DNA of 64,000 nt, from IMG/VR virus record IMGVR_UViG_3300010354_000060, positions 1-64,000 of that record; one strand, 5' to 3'. The DNA comes from a virus. Shown here piece by piece: positions 26,550 through 36,933 of this stretch (position 1 is the first letter of the stretch; each line of letters starts with the position of its first letter). A program made the position numbers and the translations under genes. The notes beneath the pieces are model-generated. The model was not told where the DNA came from and searched no databases. It worked only from the letters and a program-made list of their open reading frames with translations.

Positions 26550-26753
26550 TCAACTAACTACCAGAGGATCAGAATAACTGAGAACATCATCATCAACAGT
26601 GGCACGAACGAAAGAAAGAACATTCATGAATTCGTTAACGTTGTCGCAAGTTACAACCTTTTCACCACCAAGATTTGAATACATGTAAACTTTACGAGAT
26701 GCTGTGTCAATAACGCAACGAGTCAGGAATTCTTCTTCGTTTTCGTGGGTCAT
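26550..26753 (-). CDS. conserved cyanophage hypothetical protein
   Basis: 67 aa; promoter TTGACA-N17-TATGAT at 26808-26780. Confidence 0.75.
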   Translation of the reverse strand: MTHENEEEFLTRCVIDTASRKVYMYSNLGGEKVVTCDNVNEFMNVLSFVRATVDDDVLSYSDPLVVS

Positions 26754-26804
26754 GTGAGATCCGTTTCAATTACCTATGTATCATAGGGCATCCCCGCCCC
26801 TTTG

Positions 26805-27545
26805 TCAAGCGATCCGCCCGTTGATTACGTATTGTGAATTGTCACCTGGGTAGTCCGCTGGGGTCTGACCAGCATATTCTGGAATGTTCTTCTCAACATC
26901 CTTACGCTCGCCATAAACTATGTATGAGCAATTGATTGCCCCACCAGCATTGTTTTTGACAATGATCTTTGTTCCCCATTCAATTTTTTCAACAAATAAT
27001 TCTTGATAAGAACCAATTGGAGTTAATACTACTCCAACAGATTCTAAATCAACCAATTCTTTCCAATATTCTGGAAGTTCAATCACAGTATTGTTGACAA
27101 GTTTTCCTCTATGATATACCTCTGCCTGAGGACCCTCCAAACAAATATAGCGAAGTCTATGATTTTCTTTTGTTGGGTGTGAAATATCAAAAGACTTTTT
27201 GCTGTTTACGTTTGAAATTAAAGCTGACCAAGCAGCCCCAGCAAATGCGGGTGCTGTAATTGTTCCTGTTGCAATAATATTTCCACTAAAATATGAGTTA
27301 GTAGCATTAACTGTAAAAGATGGAATAGGACCATAGCTTGCTTCAAGGGTCACACTTGCAGTACTCGTCCCTGCAAGGTGCAAATAGACATAATCTGAAG
27401 GAGAATCTGTATTAACAAGACACATAGAAACGTCATTCAGATTAAATCCTCCATCAAAAATATTGGAGAAGTCGTCATTATCTCTGTATGCAAAATTTAC
27501 ACCTGGACCTGTAAATGTTCCATACTTTTGAAAAGTGTATGCCAT
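26805..27545 (-). CDS. baseplate/tail-associated structural protein
   Basis: K.FDI.HPTK...RLRY.CLEGP...VY.RG domain shared with 27545..28207. Confidence 0.7.
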   Translation of the reverse strand: MAYTFQKYGTFTGPGVNFAYRDNDDFSNIFDGGFNLNDVSMCLVNTDSPSDYVYLHLAGTSTASVTLEASYGPIPSFTVNATNSYFSGNIIATGTITAPAFAGAAWSALISNVNSKKSFDISHPTKENHRLRYICLEGPQAEVYHRGKLVNNTVIELPEYWKELVDLESVGVVLTPIGSYQELFVEKIEWGTKIIVKNNAGGAINCSYIVYGERKDVEKNIPEYAGQTPADYPGDNSQYVINGRIA

Positions 27546-28207
27546 TATGCTCTAACCTCAGGAATCAATGTCGGAATGTCTTTTCTTTCTCCAAAAACAT
27601 GGAAGTAGCAATTGATTGGAACTCCAGGTTTTGCTTGAAGATATACTTTATTATCTCCAATTCTCTTTACAATTATATCTTGATGAGCACCTATTGGGGT
27701 AATAGAAACTGTAATGCTATCATCGTGAACTAATCCTTCCCAATAATCGGGAAGTTCAATTTCTGTTCTATTTACCAACCTTCCTCTTACATAAACACCA
27801 TTCTCTGGACCTTCCAAGCAAGTATGAATTAGTTTCATACCTTCTTGCGTTGGATGATTAATTTCAAAATTTTTGACTGAAGCAAGTAATACTCTTGTTC
27901 TAACTATATCTGCTTCAATAAATCTTGACTTGAGTAGTTCATCCACGCGAACAAATTTTTCAAATCTTGAATAAAGTTTGCACCAAAGAGAATAGAGTGG
28001 TGATGAACTTACATCACCATTACTAAGTTTTCCTACAAGGAGAGATGCTTGTGCGGAAGAATAATCACTTGCAGATCCAACTTGAACAGGTCCTTCAATA
28101 TATGCAGCACCTCTTACCTTACTATCACCAACACCAAGAACAGCAGGAGTTCCTGCTCCACACATAAACTGACCACCTACAGCGTGGTCATCTGTCATAA
28201 AAGCCAT
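27545..28207 (-). CDS. baseplate/tail-associated structural protein
   Basis: KNFEI.HPT.....L.H.CLEGPE..VY.RG domain. Confidence 0.7.
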   Translation of the reverse strand: MAFMTDDHAVGGQFMCGAGTPAVLGVGDSKVRGAAYIEGPVQVGSASDYSSAQASLLVGKLSNGDVSSSPLYSLWCKLYSRFEKFVRVDELLKSRFIEADIVRTRVLLASVKNFEINHPTQEGMKLIHTCLEGPENGVYVRGRLVNRTEIELPDYWEGLVHDDSITVSITPIGAHQDIIVKRIGDNKVYLQAKPGVPINCYFHVFGERKDIPTLIPEVRA

Positions 28208-28215
28208 ATTACCTC

Positions 28216-28866
28216 CTAAGTTTTAATTTGTTTGCTCTGGAATTGTTTTGCTCCACCATTCTTGGAGTCTTTACTGTGAACAGCATCAGTAACACCTTGA
28301 ATCATTGAACTGTAGATTCTCATGGAACTGTTTGCAGTGATAATTGCTTGTCCAGTTGTTGCTAATCTATATGATGCAGAACCATCAATGGTAATATTTT
28401 TACCTTTTAACAGGATTGACTCGTTTGCTTTGAGTTGTATATTCCCCTGAGTATTGTCTGGACCTTTAGCAATTAAATCAATGTCAAGAGCTTCAATGCG
28501 AACTCTTCCATTGTCTGCTTTAATAATTATATCACCATTTAACGCATGATAAAAGAGTGCGTTCTGGTCTTTCTTGATTTCATCACCACATTCTACTTGA
28601 AATGCTCCTGGAGCAGTCATAGTAGTCCATCCCTTTCTCTGACCATCTTTATCCATGGATATTTGATGGCGACCATCAGATCCTTGAAGAATTACATCTG
28701 CAGTTACATCTGCTTGTTTATGGATATGTCCAAAAGTTATAGATCCGTGATCATTTCCATAAGTAATTGCAGTATAATTCTTTTTGGTCGTATCCTTGCT
28801 GGCATTTGGATCATAACCTGCATAGTTTGCAACTCTATTATTTTTTATATTCTGTGGTGTTGCCAT
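28216..28866 (-). CDS. gp5 C-terminal-like beta-helical spike protein
   Basis: Repetitive beta-strand pattern (GDIIIKADNGRVRIEA..IDL.A); position after gp5. Confidence 0.55.
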   Translation of the reverse strand: MATPQNIKNNRVANYAGYDPNASKDTTKKNYTAITYGNDHGSITFGHIHKQADVTADVILQGSDGRHQISMDKDGQRKGWTTMTAPGAFQVECGDEIKKDQNALFYHALNGDIIIKADNGRVRIEALDIDLIAKGPDNTQGNIQLKANESILLKGKNITIDGSASYRLATTGQAIITANSSMRIYSSMIQGVTDAVHSKDSKNGGAKQFQSKQIKT

Positions 28867-28868
28867 TG

Positions 28869-31800
28869 TTATTGTTCAGGGTTGGTGATATTTCTAAGAG
28901 TTCCTGGAATATTGAGATTTGGATTGTTATTGTTAGTATCAGTACCAGATCTTTCAATTGCACTTGGAGCAGTAGTAATTCTTGCGGTGATGCTTTCTTG
29001 TAGAGTGTCGTATACTCTTACAGGATCTCCAATCGTCTTAAAGTATCCAGCATACTTGAGTCCACTTTCATAATAAACTGCACCATAATAAGATCTTCCA
29101 TCAATGTATCCTGTTTGTTTTAATCCAACAAGATCTGTTACTTGAATTAGTTTTTCTTGTGGTAATCCTGCAATTTCTCTAACTGGTGTTAATATTGGTC
29201 TTGCCGAAAAATTAATTCCTGTGTCAGTTTCAACTTGAATAATTGGAAGTGAAGTATATCCAGATCCTGGTGTTACTACATTGACTTCAGAAATTCTTCC
29301 GAAGGAATCGCATTTATACGAAAGAGTAGCACCGTTATCTGGAACTATCGTAATCTTATCTATACCACAATTATAATTGATTCCTGGATCATCCACAACT
29401 ACCTTATCTAATACAAGAATAACTGGATAACCATCAGGAGATTCTGGAAGATCAATATAATTATTCCCTGGGTCATCTACAAGAACTTCATCAACAACAC
29501 CTTTACCACCAGTGATCTTTGGACAAGGAGGGGCAATCAGGACTGCAGAAGCACCCATTGGATTTCCTTCAGCCCAAGATGCTGCTGATGTTGATTGTAT
29601 AACTATATCCTTGGTAACTTCTAAGGCAACACCTGTTGGATTTATATCAAAATCATCATTTCTATTTGGAGGTGGAAGAGGAACGTTGACTAATTGAATT
29701 TTGACATCATAATTTCCGTTACTAATATTTGCAAGAACAGGAATGGGTTCTCCACCAGAAAAGTCGGTGGTTTCATAGATTTTATCGTTACCAATATAAA
29801 CAGTAGCAATATTATCTCCCTGCATTTTTAATAGATATTGACCACTTTCTGGGAAAGAAACATTTTTCCAGAGTAAAGTTCTCTCTCCATTAACATCACC
29901 TTTTTTAAGAATCTTTGATTTCTTTGGTGCTTCTGTCAGTCTCTTAAAGGTTCCAATATTTGTTGAGATGACAAAATCATCCCAGTCGTCACCTTTTTCC
30001 TCACAAACAAGTTGAGTATTTGGTCTGGATCCAGATCCCCTAACATCTTTTACTTTTTCATCACCAACATATAATTTTGCGCTATTGGCAGTTGGTTTAC
30101 ATGGTCCGTATATTTTCCCCCCAGCAACAGTATATTTTTTTGATCTTATGTTCTCATTAATGGTGTCTATTCCTGGGATAGTAATTCCATGAAAAATACT
30201 TGAATCGTTAGCAACATTTTTTAGTTCTATTTCAACAGAACCTTCATAATTACTCAAATCAAGATAGACTCCACCACCATTAAATCCAGAAACATTCTCA
30301 TCTGTTTCCGTATCTTCAATAATTGGGGATACATTATACTCATTCATAAATGTTGACCAAGCTTTATGGCGATAGTTATATAACTTTGGTCCAACATAAG
30401 TAATCCCGTCTTTTACATTGTCAGATAACAATCTTGAATCTGAGAGATTTTTAGTAGCAACAATCTTTAGTGATGCATTAATATCAGATCCTCCTGCATC
30501 TAAGAAATTAAGAGTTTGCCATCCCCCAGTTTTTCCAATAACAATCCAAGCATCATCGGCAAAAATTGGTGCTTTTTGATTTCCAATTAACTGAATGGGT
30601 CCATATTCTCTATTAACTTTAAAAACAGATTTTGAACTAACGTTACCCTTTTCTCTAAAACTTCTCCCACTCTTCTCTCTTTCTAAAATAATTGGAGATC
30701 CATCTGGATTAGGGATGACAATTTTTGAAATGGCGATGCCATTATCATTTGGATTATCATCATATTTTAAAGATATTGAAACTTCTGTGTCAGTATTTCC
30801 ACCAACAGTCATATAATATCCATCACCTTTGAGATGGAAATGCGCTCCAGCAACTTGAGTTTCTTTTGTTAGTTGATTTTGCCAGTCTTTTGTACTGAAT
30901 ATCTTTTTATTGATTACCGAACTTGTTGTAATTGGTTGATTGAAAACCTCAACTGTAATTTTGTGAGATCCTTTTCTCAAAAACTTTTTGGTTGTTGTTG
31001 GATTTTCTACCTTAAATCCTTGTAGTTTATAAACCTCTTCGTTATCAATTAATATTCTTCCCTTATTATCTACGCAACCCTTCACGCCATAGTATCCATC
31101 ATAAGGAATCTCTACGTCCCAGGTATTTGTAAAATTAATTCCAGCTCTGTCACTACCTGGGGTATCAAGTGGTGGAACAGGTGAAATTGCATACCTGTTC
31201 ATGAACCTGCTCCAAGTGTTTGGAACTCTATACTTTACAGGATACCATTTCTGAGCAGACTTTGGAAATCTTGTAGACCAAATTGGATTAGTAGGACACC
31301 TTCCAAGTTGTTGGGTTGGTGGTTCTTGTGGTATTGGTGGTTCTGGAGCATCAATGGTTAGAGAAACTCCCAATGGATTTTCATACCAAGATTTAGCAGA
31401 AACAACTTTTGTTTCAGTATAAGATGATTCAATATTGATAGCAAGAGTCATTGGGTTACCCTTTGATAGGGGTGCTCCAGGAATTTGTTCTAACTCAGCA
31501 CGAATTCTATAACTTCCCGCTTTAAAATAACGAGTTTCATTTAGATCTGGAGTTCCAATTGAAGTTCCAGGAAGAAATCCTCTCTTTCTAATAATAACTT
31601 CATCTCCACCTTCATTTACATCACGAAGACCAGTTTCATTTCCTACGTTTCCACCAGTTTCACGATTTCCAATGTAGATTGTAACGTTGTCGTCAACAGC
31701 AACTTGAACTTTATAATATCCATCAATAGGAAAGTTTACATTTTGCCATCTAATGACATGAACCCCCGCAAAAGAATTTGTTTGTGCTTCTTTAGTATTT

Positions 31801-33461
31801 GAATTGAAAGGAGTAATTCCATAACGATCAGCTAAAGAAGACGTTGCAGATGCTGTTGGATTAGTTCTCCACAAAGGTCTATCTGCTTTTCCAATATAAT
31901 CAACGGTATTAAAAACATTTACATTTTTAATTGGAGTTGATGAGAGTGGATTAATTACTCTTGGTGGTGAAAGTTGTCTTGCATTTGTGGCAACTAAACT
32001 AACATTTGTAATAGGATCGTTTGGATCATTATCATATAATGCAATTTCTTGATTGAATTGTTCTGGTAATGGTCCACTATTTCTAATTACAGTATCTTTA
32101 AATCTTGAAGATACTCCTTCAAAAATAATAGGACCATATTTCCTATTTGCTTTAAATGTTCCTGTTGCACTAACCGATCCTATGGATCCTGTTAAAGGTC
32201 TGGATAAAACTACAGGTTTATTACTTTCAGTTGGAATAATAATTTTGGTTGCAGCATATCCAAAATTTGCATCATCCTGCCAATAAAAAGTAAAATCAAC
32301 TTCAATAATATCATTACCGCTCGTAAGCATATAATATTGACCATTCTCTTTAATAAAAAGAGTTCCTACTTTTTGTTCTTCTGTTCTGGGTTGTAATGCT
32401 TTAGATTCATAAATTGGTTGATTTAATAAATCAATTCTAATTTTATGATTACCTTCTTTTATTGTTTTAATGAATGGTATTGGATTTTCATTAAAATTTT
32501 GAAGATCTGAAACGAATTGATTATCTAGATATAATTTTCCGTTATTATCTCTACATCCTCTAAAGACATATTCTCCAGTATATGGGAAATTTTCTTCCCA
32601 TTCCATAGAGAAAAGTGTTCCCGCAAAATCACTTCCAGGCAAATTTGATTGAGGAACTGGAGAGACTGCATAAGAATTCATGAAGTCACTCCAAGTTTTT
32701 GAAGTAGATCCTTTTGCTGGATGGGTGACTTGATAAACTTTTTGATATGATTTATTTCCGCCAGTTACCAATCTTGGTGCTTTTTTTCTGGTAGTCCACC
32801 AAGGTCTTTTTAATTTGGAAAGTTGTTTTTGATACTGGTAAATTTGTGCAGCAATTGGATCTTCTCCTTCACCAGTGAAATCATCTGGGTTCCAAGATCC
32901 AAGATCTTGACCATCTTCACCCCAGTCTATTGGATATGTAACATCCTCAGACTGAATATTGTAGACTTCATAATCATCTTCTTGATCATAAACTTCAATT
33001 GCAGTTGTTGTGATTCCAACGTTGGAAGTAAAAACTGCTCCTGCTCCAATATTACAATCATCTACAACTGATACGAATGGTGGATACTGATATCCATGTC
33101 CACCGCGAACAAGGTCCACTGCAAGAATAGATCCATTTACGATTACTGGATTTGCTGCAGCACCAATTCCACCGCCTCCCCAGAATTGTATTTTAGGGGG
33201 ACCACAAGGTTTTGGATCTGTATTACATCCCTCTACAGATACCAAATCTTGTGGAGTTAACTTATTAACTTCATTTATATTTAAGTATCTTAGTTGCTTG
33301 TTTCCGTCTAAAAATAAAAAGAGTGTTCCTGGGTTTAATTTGGCATACTTATTCGCATCATCAATGGAAACTCCATCAATATACCCCTTTTCTGGGTCAA
33401 TATATCCTACAGTAACAACTGAAGAAGGTGGTGGTCCAAATAGCGTGCTTTTCTTCCCCAT
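28869..33461 (-). CDS. large virion protein with repeated PA14-like domains
   Basis: 1530 aa; several W...FP..G.Y......DN....Y.D repeats; late promoter at 33503-33497. Confidence 0.7.
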   Translation of the reverse strand: MGKKSTLFGPPPSSVVTVGYIDPEKGYIDGVSIDDANKYAKLNPGTLFLFLDGNKQLRYLNINEVNKLTPQDLVSVEGCNTDPKPCGPPKIQFWGGGGIGAAANPVIVNGSILAVDLVRGGHGYQYPPFVSVVDDCNIGAGAVFTSNVGITTTAIEVYDQEDDYEVYNIQSEDVTYPIDWGEDGQDLGSWNPDDFTGEGEDPIAAQIYQYQKQLSKLKRPWWTTRKKAPRLVTGGNKSYQKVYQVTHPAKGSTSKTWSDFMNSYAVSPVPQSNLPGSDFAGTLFSMEWEENFPYTGEYVFRGCRDNNGKLYLDNQFVSDLQNFNENPIPFIKTIKEGNHKIRIDLLNQPIYESKALQPRTEEQKVGTLFIKENGQYYMLTSGNDIIEVDFTFYWQDDANFGYAATKIIIPTESNKPVVLSRPLTGSIGSVSATGTFKANRKYGPIIFEGVSSRFKDTVIRNSGPLPEQFNQEIALYDNDPNDPITNVSLVATNARQLSPPRVINPLSSTPIKNVNVFNTVDYIGKADRPLWRTNPTASATSSLADRYGITPFNSNTKEAQTNSFAGVHVIRWQNVNFPIDGYYKVQVAVDDNVTIYIGNRETGGNVGNETGLRDVNEGGDEVIIRKRGFLPGTSIGTPDLNETRYFKAGSYRIRAELEQIPGAPLSKGNPMTLAINIESSYTETKVVSAKSWYENPLGVSLTIDAPEPPIPQEPPTQQLGRCPTNPIWSTRFPKSAQKWYPVKYRVPNTWSRFMNRYAISPVPPLDTPGSDRAGINFTNTWDVEIPYDGYYGVKGCVDNKGRILIDNEEVYKLQGFKVENPTTTKKFLRKGSHKITVEVFNQPITTSSVINKKIFSTKDWQNQLTKETQVAGAHFHLKGDGYYMTVGGNTDTEVSISLKYDDNPNDNGIAISKIVIPNPDGSPIILEREKSGRSFREKGNVSSKSVFKVNREYGPIQLIGNQKAPIFADDAWIVIGKTGGWQTLNFLDAGGSDINASLKIVATKNLSDSRLLSDNVKDGITYVGPKLYNYRHKAWSTFMNEYNVSPIIEDTETDENVSGFNGGGVYLDLSNYEGSVEIELKNVANDSSIFHGITIPGIDTINENIRSKKYTVAGGKIYGPCKPTANSAKLYVGDEKVKDVRGSGSRPNTQLVCEEKGDDWDDFVISTNIGTFKRLTEAPKKSKILKKGDVNGERTLLWKNVSFPESGQYLLKMQGDNIATVYIGNDKIYETTDFSGGEPIPVLANISNGNYDVKIQLVNVPLPPPNRNDDFDINPTGVALEVTKDIVIQSTSAASWAEGNPMGASAVLIAPPCPKITGGKGVVDEVLVDDPGNNYIDLPESPDGYPVILVLDKVVVDDPGINYNCGIDKITIVPDNGATLSYKCDSFGRISEVNVVTPGSGYTSLPIIQVETDTGINFSARPILTPVREIAGLPQEKLIQVTDLVGLKQTGYIDGRSYYGAVYYESGLKYAGYFKTIGDPVRVYDTLQESITARITTAPSAIERSGTDTNNNNPNLNIPGTLRNITNPEQ

Positions 33462-33507
33462 TCCGTATATTAATTACAACTCTAACACGTTTTTATTATT
33501 TATGACT

Positions 33508-35340
33508 CTAACCATAATCCCTATAATTCAAATCCTCAATACCTTTTAGTGGAGTAGCATATGGTAATTGAGTGGATGGAGTTTCTGGAGTATAGTTTGC
33601 TGCTTGATTTTCAACACTCCTTTCGTTTGGTTCCTGTTGTTGAGTGGTAGAAGCAGCTCCATTATTCAATGTATGTACATCAGCAGATGGGCACTTGGGT
33701 TCATCATCGCAAGAGAAGAACTGTAGGATTTGATTTACGAATCCTAAAGCAGCAGTTACATTGCCAGTCATTCCACCAATCAGAGATGTTGCTTGATCTA
33801 AAACTGAAGTTGCAGCAGAGATAGAATTATTAATAGAACCTGTAGCAGCGTCTACTTGATTGTTCAGAAGAGAAGTCAAATTGCCAGCAGCACCAGCAGA
33901 TAAACCAGATAGTTGTGCAGCACCACCCCCAAGAGATTGGAAATTATTATAGTAAGAAGAAATGTTAGATGAAATTGGAGCAATTGCTTTATCTACGCCA
34001 TCAGTAATATCATTAATTGTATTCCCCAAAACATTTCCAACTAAAGATTCAACGCTACAAATACGAACCTTTGGAGAAGTTCCTGCTGGTGCTACATTTT
34101 TTACTGTTCCATCACTATTGTTTAAACTTTTTGAAAGAAACTTACTGATAAGATCTTTAAGTTTTCCGATAATTTTATTGAAAAGACACATTAATTTTTG
34201 AGTTCCTTTATCCTTTAATTCAAGAACTTTATATCTTGCATTGGGAAGAACCTTATCAATAGCAGGTGCTATGGTTTTATTGTATTCTTTGACCACATAC
34301 GCACGCACCTTTTCAAAAATATTTTTCATAAACTTTGCAATCTGTGTTGATGCACTATCAATCAAAGACTGAACATTTACTGATCTCAATTTATTACTAA
34401 CAGCATCAATGTAACTATTTGCTGCTTGTTGGATTTTATTAATGTCGTTGGTTAGATTTTCAATTACAACTTGAATATTCTTTAGATCGGTTTTCTGTTT
34501 CTCACATGGACTTGAGAGTGGAGTCTTTCTAATGTATTTGTCATGACGAGCAACATCAGCCGCTGTTGTTTGATGAACAGAAGCTGAACTTTCTAATGTA
34601 GCACCAGGAGAAGGTGGAGTTTGTGGACTTGCTGCAGCAGATGCTTCCTGACGAGTAGCAGCAACTGTTCTTTCTGCAATCAGTCTTTCTCTTGCTTCTC
34701 CTGTCAGTCCAATTTTATCGGCATCTGCTCTTGCAGACTGTGCTGCAGCAAGTTCTGCTTTTGTTGGAGGTCTTGATGGATCTCTACCATACTTATCAAG
34801 AACTACTCCTGGTTTAGAAGAAGATGATGGAGTTCCTGTTGATGATGGTTTTTCAACTTTCAATCCAAAGTCAGGAGCTTTGATGTTAGGATCTGGAGTT
34901 GTTCCTTTTGCATACCCACTGATAGGAACAAATCCCTTTTCACCAATCTTTGTTCCTAATGCGGTTTGTGCATTGTTACCAAGAACGCCCATGATAACGG
35001 GGTTCTGACCATCAGATCCGTCTAAGAAAAATCCAAATACAAAATTACCCTGTCTTAGGTTAGGGGTCTGAACACTCTGCCCCTGCCCACCACCAGCGGT
35101 GATTGGATACATGACCTGTGCCCAAGGCAGTTGATCATTTGGAATGCTTTTATTTGCATCCTGATCATGATATCCAATGATCCTAACCTTATAGCGGTAT
35201 CCCCAACCAGAGATTGCCTTATCAGTTGAATATTTTCCTGGGACAATATTATCCCTCCAGGTAGAATCGTCAGCAATCTGACCTATCCACCAGTTAAATG
35301 TCCCACCAAGAAAACCTGGATTATATAAAGCCCCTTCCAT
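33508..35340 (-). CDS. gp5: baseplate hub / gp5 N-terminal OB-fold protein
   Basis: F.WWIGQI...RYKVRIIG.H...LPWAQV..P...G.FVFGFFLDG...Q.PVIMG. Confidence 0.85.
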   Translation of the reverse strand: MEGALYNPGFLGGTFNWWIGQIADDSTWRDNIVPGKYSTDKAISGWGYRYKVRIIGYHDQDANKSIPNDQLPWAQVMYPITAGGGQGQSVQTPNLRQGNFVFGFFLDGSDGQNPVIMGVLGNNAQTALGTKIGEKGFVPISGYAKGTTPDPNIKAPDFGLKVEKPSSTGTPSSSSKPGVVLDKYGRDPSRPPTKAELAAAQSARADADKIGLTGEARERLIAERTVAATRQEASAAASPQTPPSPGATLESSASVHQTTAADVARHDKYIRKTPLSSPCEKQKTDLKNIQVVIENLTNDINKIQQAANSYIDAVSNKLRSVNVQSLIDSASTQIAKFMKNIFEKVRAYVVKEYNKTIAPAIDKVLPNARYKVLELKDKGTQKLMCLFNKIIGKLKDLISKFLSKSLNNSDGTVKNVAPAGTSPKVRICSVESLVGNVLGNTINDITDGVDKAIAPISSNISSYYNNFQSLGGGAAQLSGLSAGAAGNLTSLLNNQVDAATGSINNSISAATSVLDQATSLIGGMTGNVTAALGFVNQILQFFSCDDEPKCPSADVHTLNNGAASTTQQQEPNERSVENQAANYTPETPSTQLPYATPLKGIEDLNYRDYG

Positions 35341-35346
35341 TAGTTA

Positions 35347-35565
35347 TCAATCTTCATAAATTCTACATTCAACTGCTTCTGGATTTGCGTCACAGTAAAG
35401 TTCTAATCCAGTTGGATCATGATCATCTTCTGGATGATTGCTGCGATAGCTTTCTAAACTTTGTAGTTCGTCTTCTAAATGGCGACGACGTTGAGCACTG
35501 AGATTTGAGTCATCTAACTCTGTTTTGTCAGCATCTATGTGCTGGTGAATTGTGCGGTCGGTCAT
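35347..35565 (-). CDS. cp12: CP12 Calvin-cycle regulator (phage type)
   Basis: QRRRHLEDEL...HDPT.LELYCDANPEAVECRIYED C-terminal CP12 signature. Confidence 0.92.
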   Translation of the reverse strand: MTDRTIHQHIDADKTELDDSNLSAQRRRHLEDELQSLESYRSNHPEDDHDPTGLELYCDANPEAVECRIYED

Positions 35566-36905
35566 AGTGGTATCCGTGATGGTGCCTTTCTTCCGTATGA
35601 ATCTCTAACAAGATTCAGTTTTGTAAATGTTCGGCGGGGTGTAATGTAATGACAAAGATCTGCTATCATATATATACCACCAAACTCCTTACTTGTTTCT
35701 TTTTGATCCTTTTCTGCAACTTCTGGGGTATCAATGAAGATAGAATCGCCCGCATGTAAACTAAAATCACCAGGAATTGTAATAGTAATTCTTACAGTAA
35801 ACAATTGATTATATCTCATTGTTGACTGATTCAAAATATTTTTAGGATCAAAATTCTGTTCCTTTGCTTTATTGATTTGTTCCTTTGTACTTCCAACTGG
35901 AAGAGTCCCCTTATCAATCAGCATGTAGGTTGTTCTTGAATAATCTTGATCACCCTGACCTGCTCTATCAAATTCTTTATTCAGCACTGGTAATTCCTTA
36001 CCAGCAAGTTTAAGATTTTTTTCAGTAGATGCTGATCTTGGATTTACAATTTCATAGTAACAATTAAAAGGATCAAACAAAATCACTCTTGTAGAATAAG
36101 CTCCAGACTCAAGTTTTCTTTTAACATCACTGGTATTGTCTAAAGAAAGTTCTACAATCTTACCATCATATCCAGCAGGAATACTATCTCCTCTACTATC
36201 TGGAGTCTCATTATAAACTAATTTCTTGACTGGAGGAGTTGATAGTATTTTTTCTATAGATTTGAAATTAAATCCCTTTGATGTCTCCCAGAAAAAATAT
36301 CCAGCACTGTTTCCTTTTGCACCAGAAATATTTGGAATTGATTTCTTAGACAACCAAGTGCAGGCATAGAAAGGTTTTCTATTATTTCCTATAAAATTAT
36401 AGTTGTTTTCTGTATCTTCAATGTTCAGTGTTTTTTGACTATCAAGGAATTTTTTATCAGTGAGAATTCTTTGAATATGATTTGAAATCTTTCCATCAAA
36501 TCTCACATTCAATCTTGTCTTTTCATTTAAAATATATTCCTTTGATACCAAAGTAACTCCAATTAGATTCTTTCGTGTATCTTGGAAAACTGGATTGACC
36601 TTATCAACATATAGATCCAAGTCTAATTTATTGTCAGAGTTATCCGTAAGAACTACTCTACTTTTTTCTTGACCAACAAGTGGCAATCCTTCAAGGACAG
36701 TTTTACCATCCAATTCTGGAACACCCGTGTCAGCGAGCATAATCTCAACCTTTATAGTTTCCTGCAAAACACTTTCATAATAATATAGATCTGATATTCC
36801 AGCAGAAATGTCTATCGGTTTTTTTGTTTTATTTGAAATAACTGATAATTGATTGATGGTTGAAGAACCACCTTTGTAACCAGTTAATAACTCTTGGTCT
36901 GCCAT
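35562..36905 (-). CDS. baseplate hub / tail protein (gp27-like)
   Basis: YYESV....I.V...DTG...LP..G.E; GYFFWET..GF.FKSI; IPGDF.LHAGD...G.Y.IA.LCH. Confidence 0.65.
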   Translation of the reverse strand: MADQELLTGYKGGSSTINQLSVISNKTKKPIDISAGISDLYYYESVLQETIKVEIMLADTGVPELDGKTVLEGLPLVGQEKSRVVLTDNSDNKLDLDLYVDKVNPVFQDTRKNLIGVTLVSKEYILNEKTRLNVRFDGKISNHIQRILTDKKFLDSQKTLNIEDTENNYNFIGNNRKPFYACTWLSKKSIPNISGAKGNSAGYFFWETSKGFNFKSIEKILSTPPVKKLVYNETPDSRGDSIPAGYDGKIVELSLDNTSDVKRKLESGAYSTRVILFDPFNCYYEIVNPRSASTEKNLKLAGKELPVLNKEFDRAGQGDQDYSRTTYMLIDKGTLPVGSTKEQINKAKEQNFDPKNILNQSTMRYNQLFTVRITITIPGDFSLHAGDSIFIDTPEVAEKDQKETSKEFGGIYMIADLCHYITPRRTFTKLNLVRDSYGRKAPSRIPL

Positions 36906-36933
36906 CTTTTAATTTTCCTATATCTTATTTACA

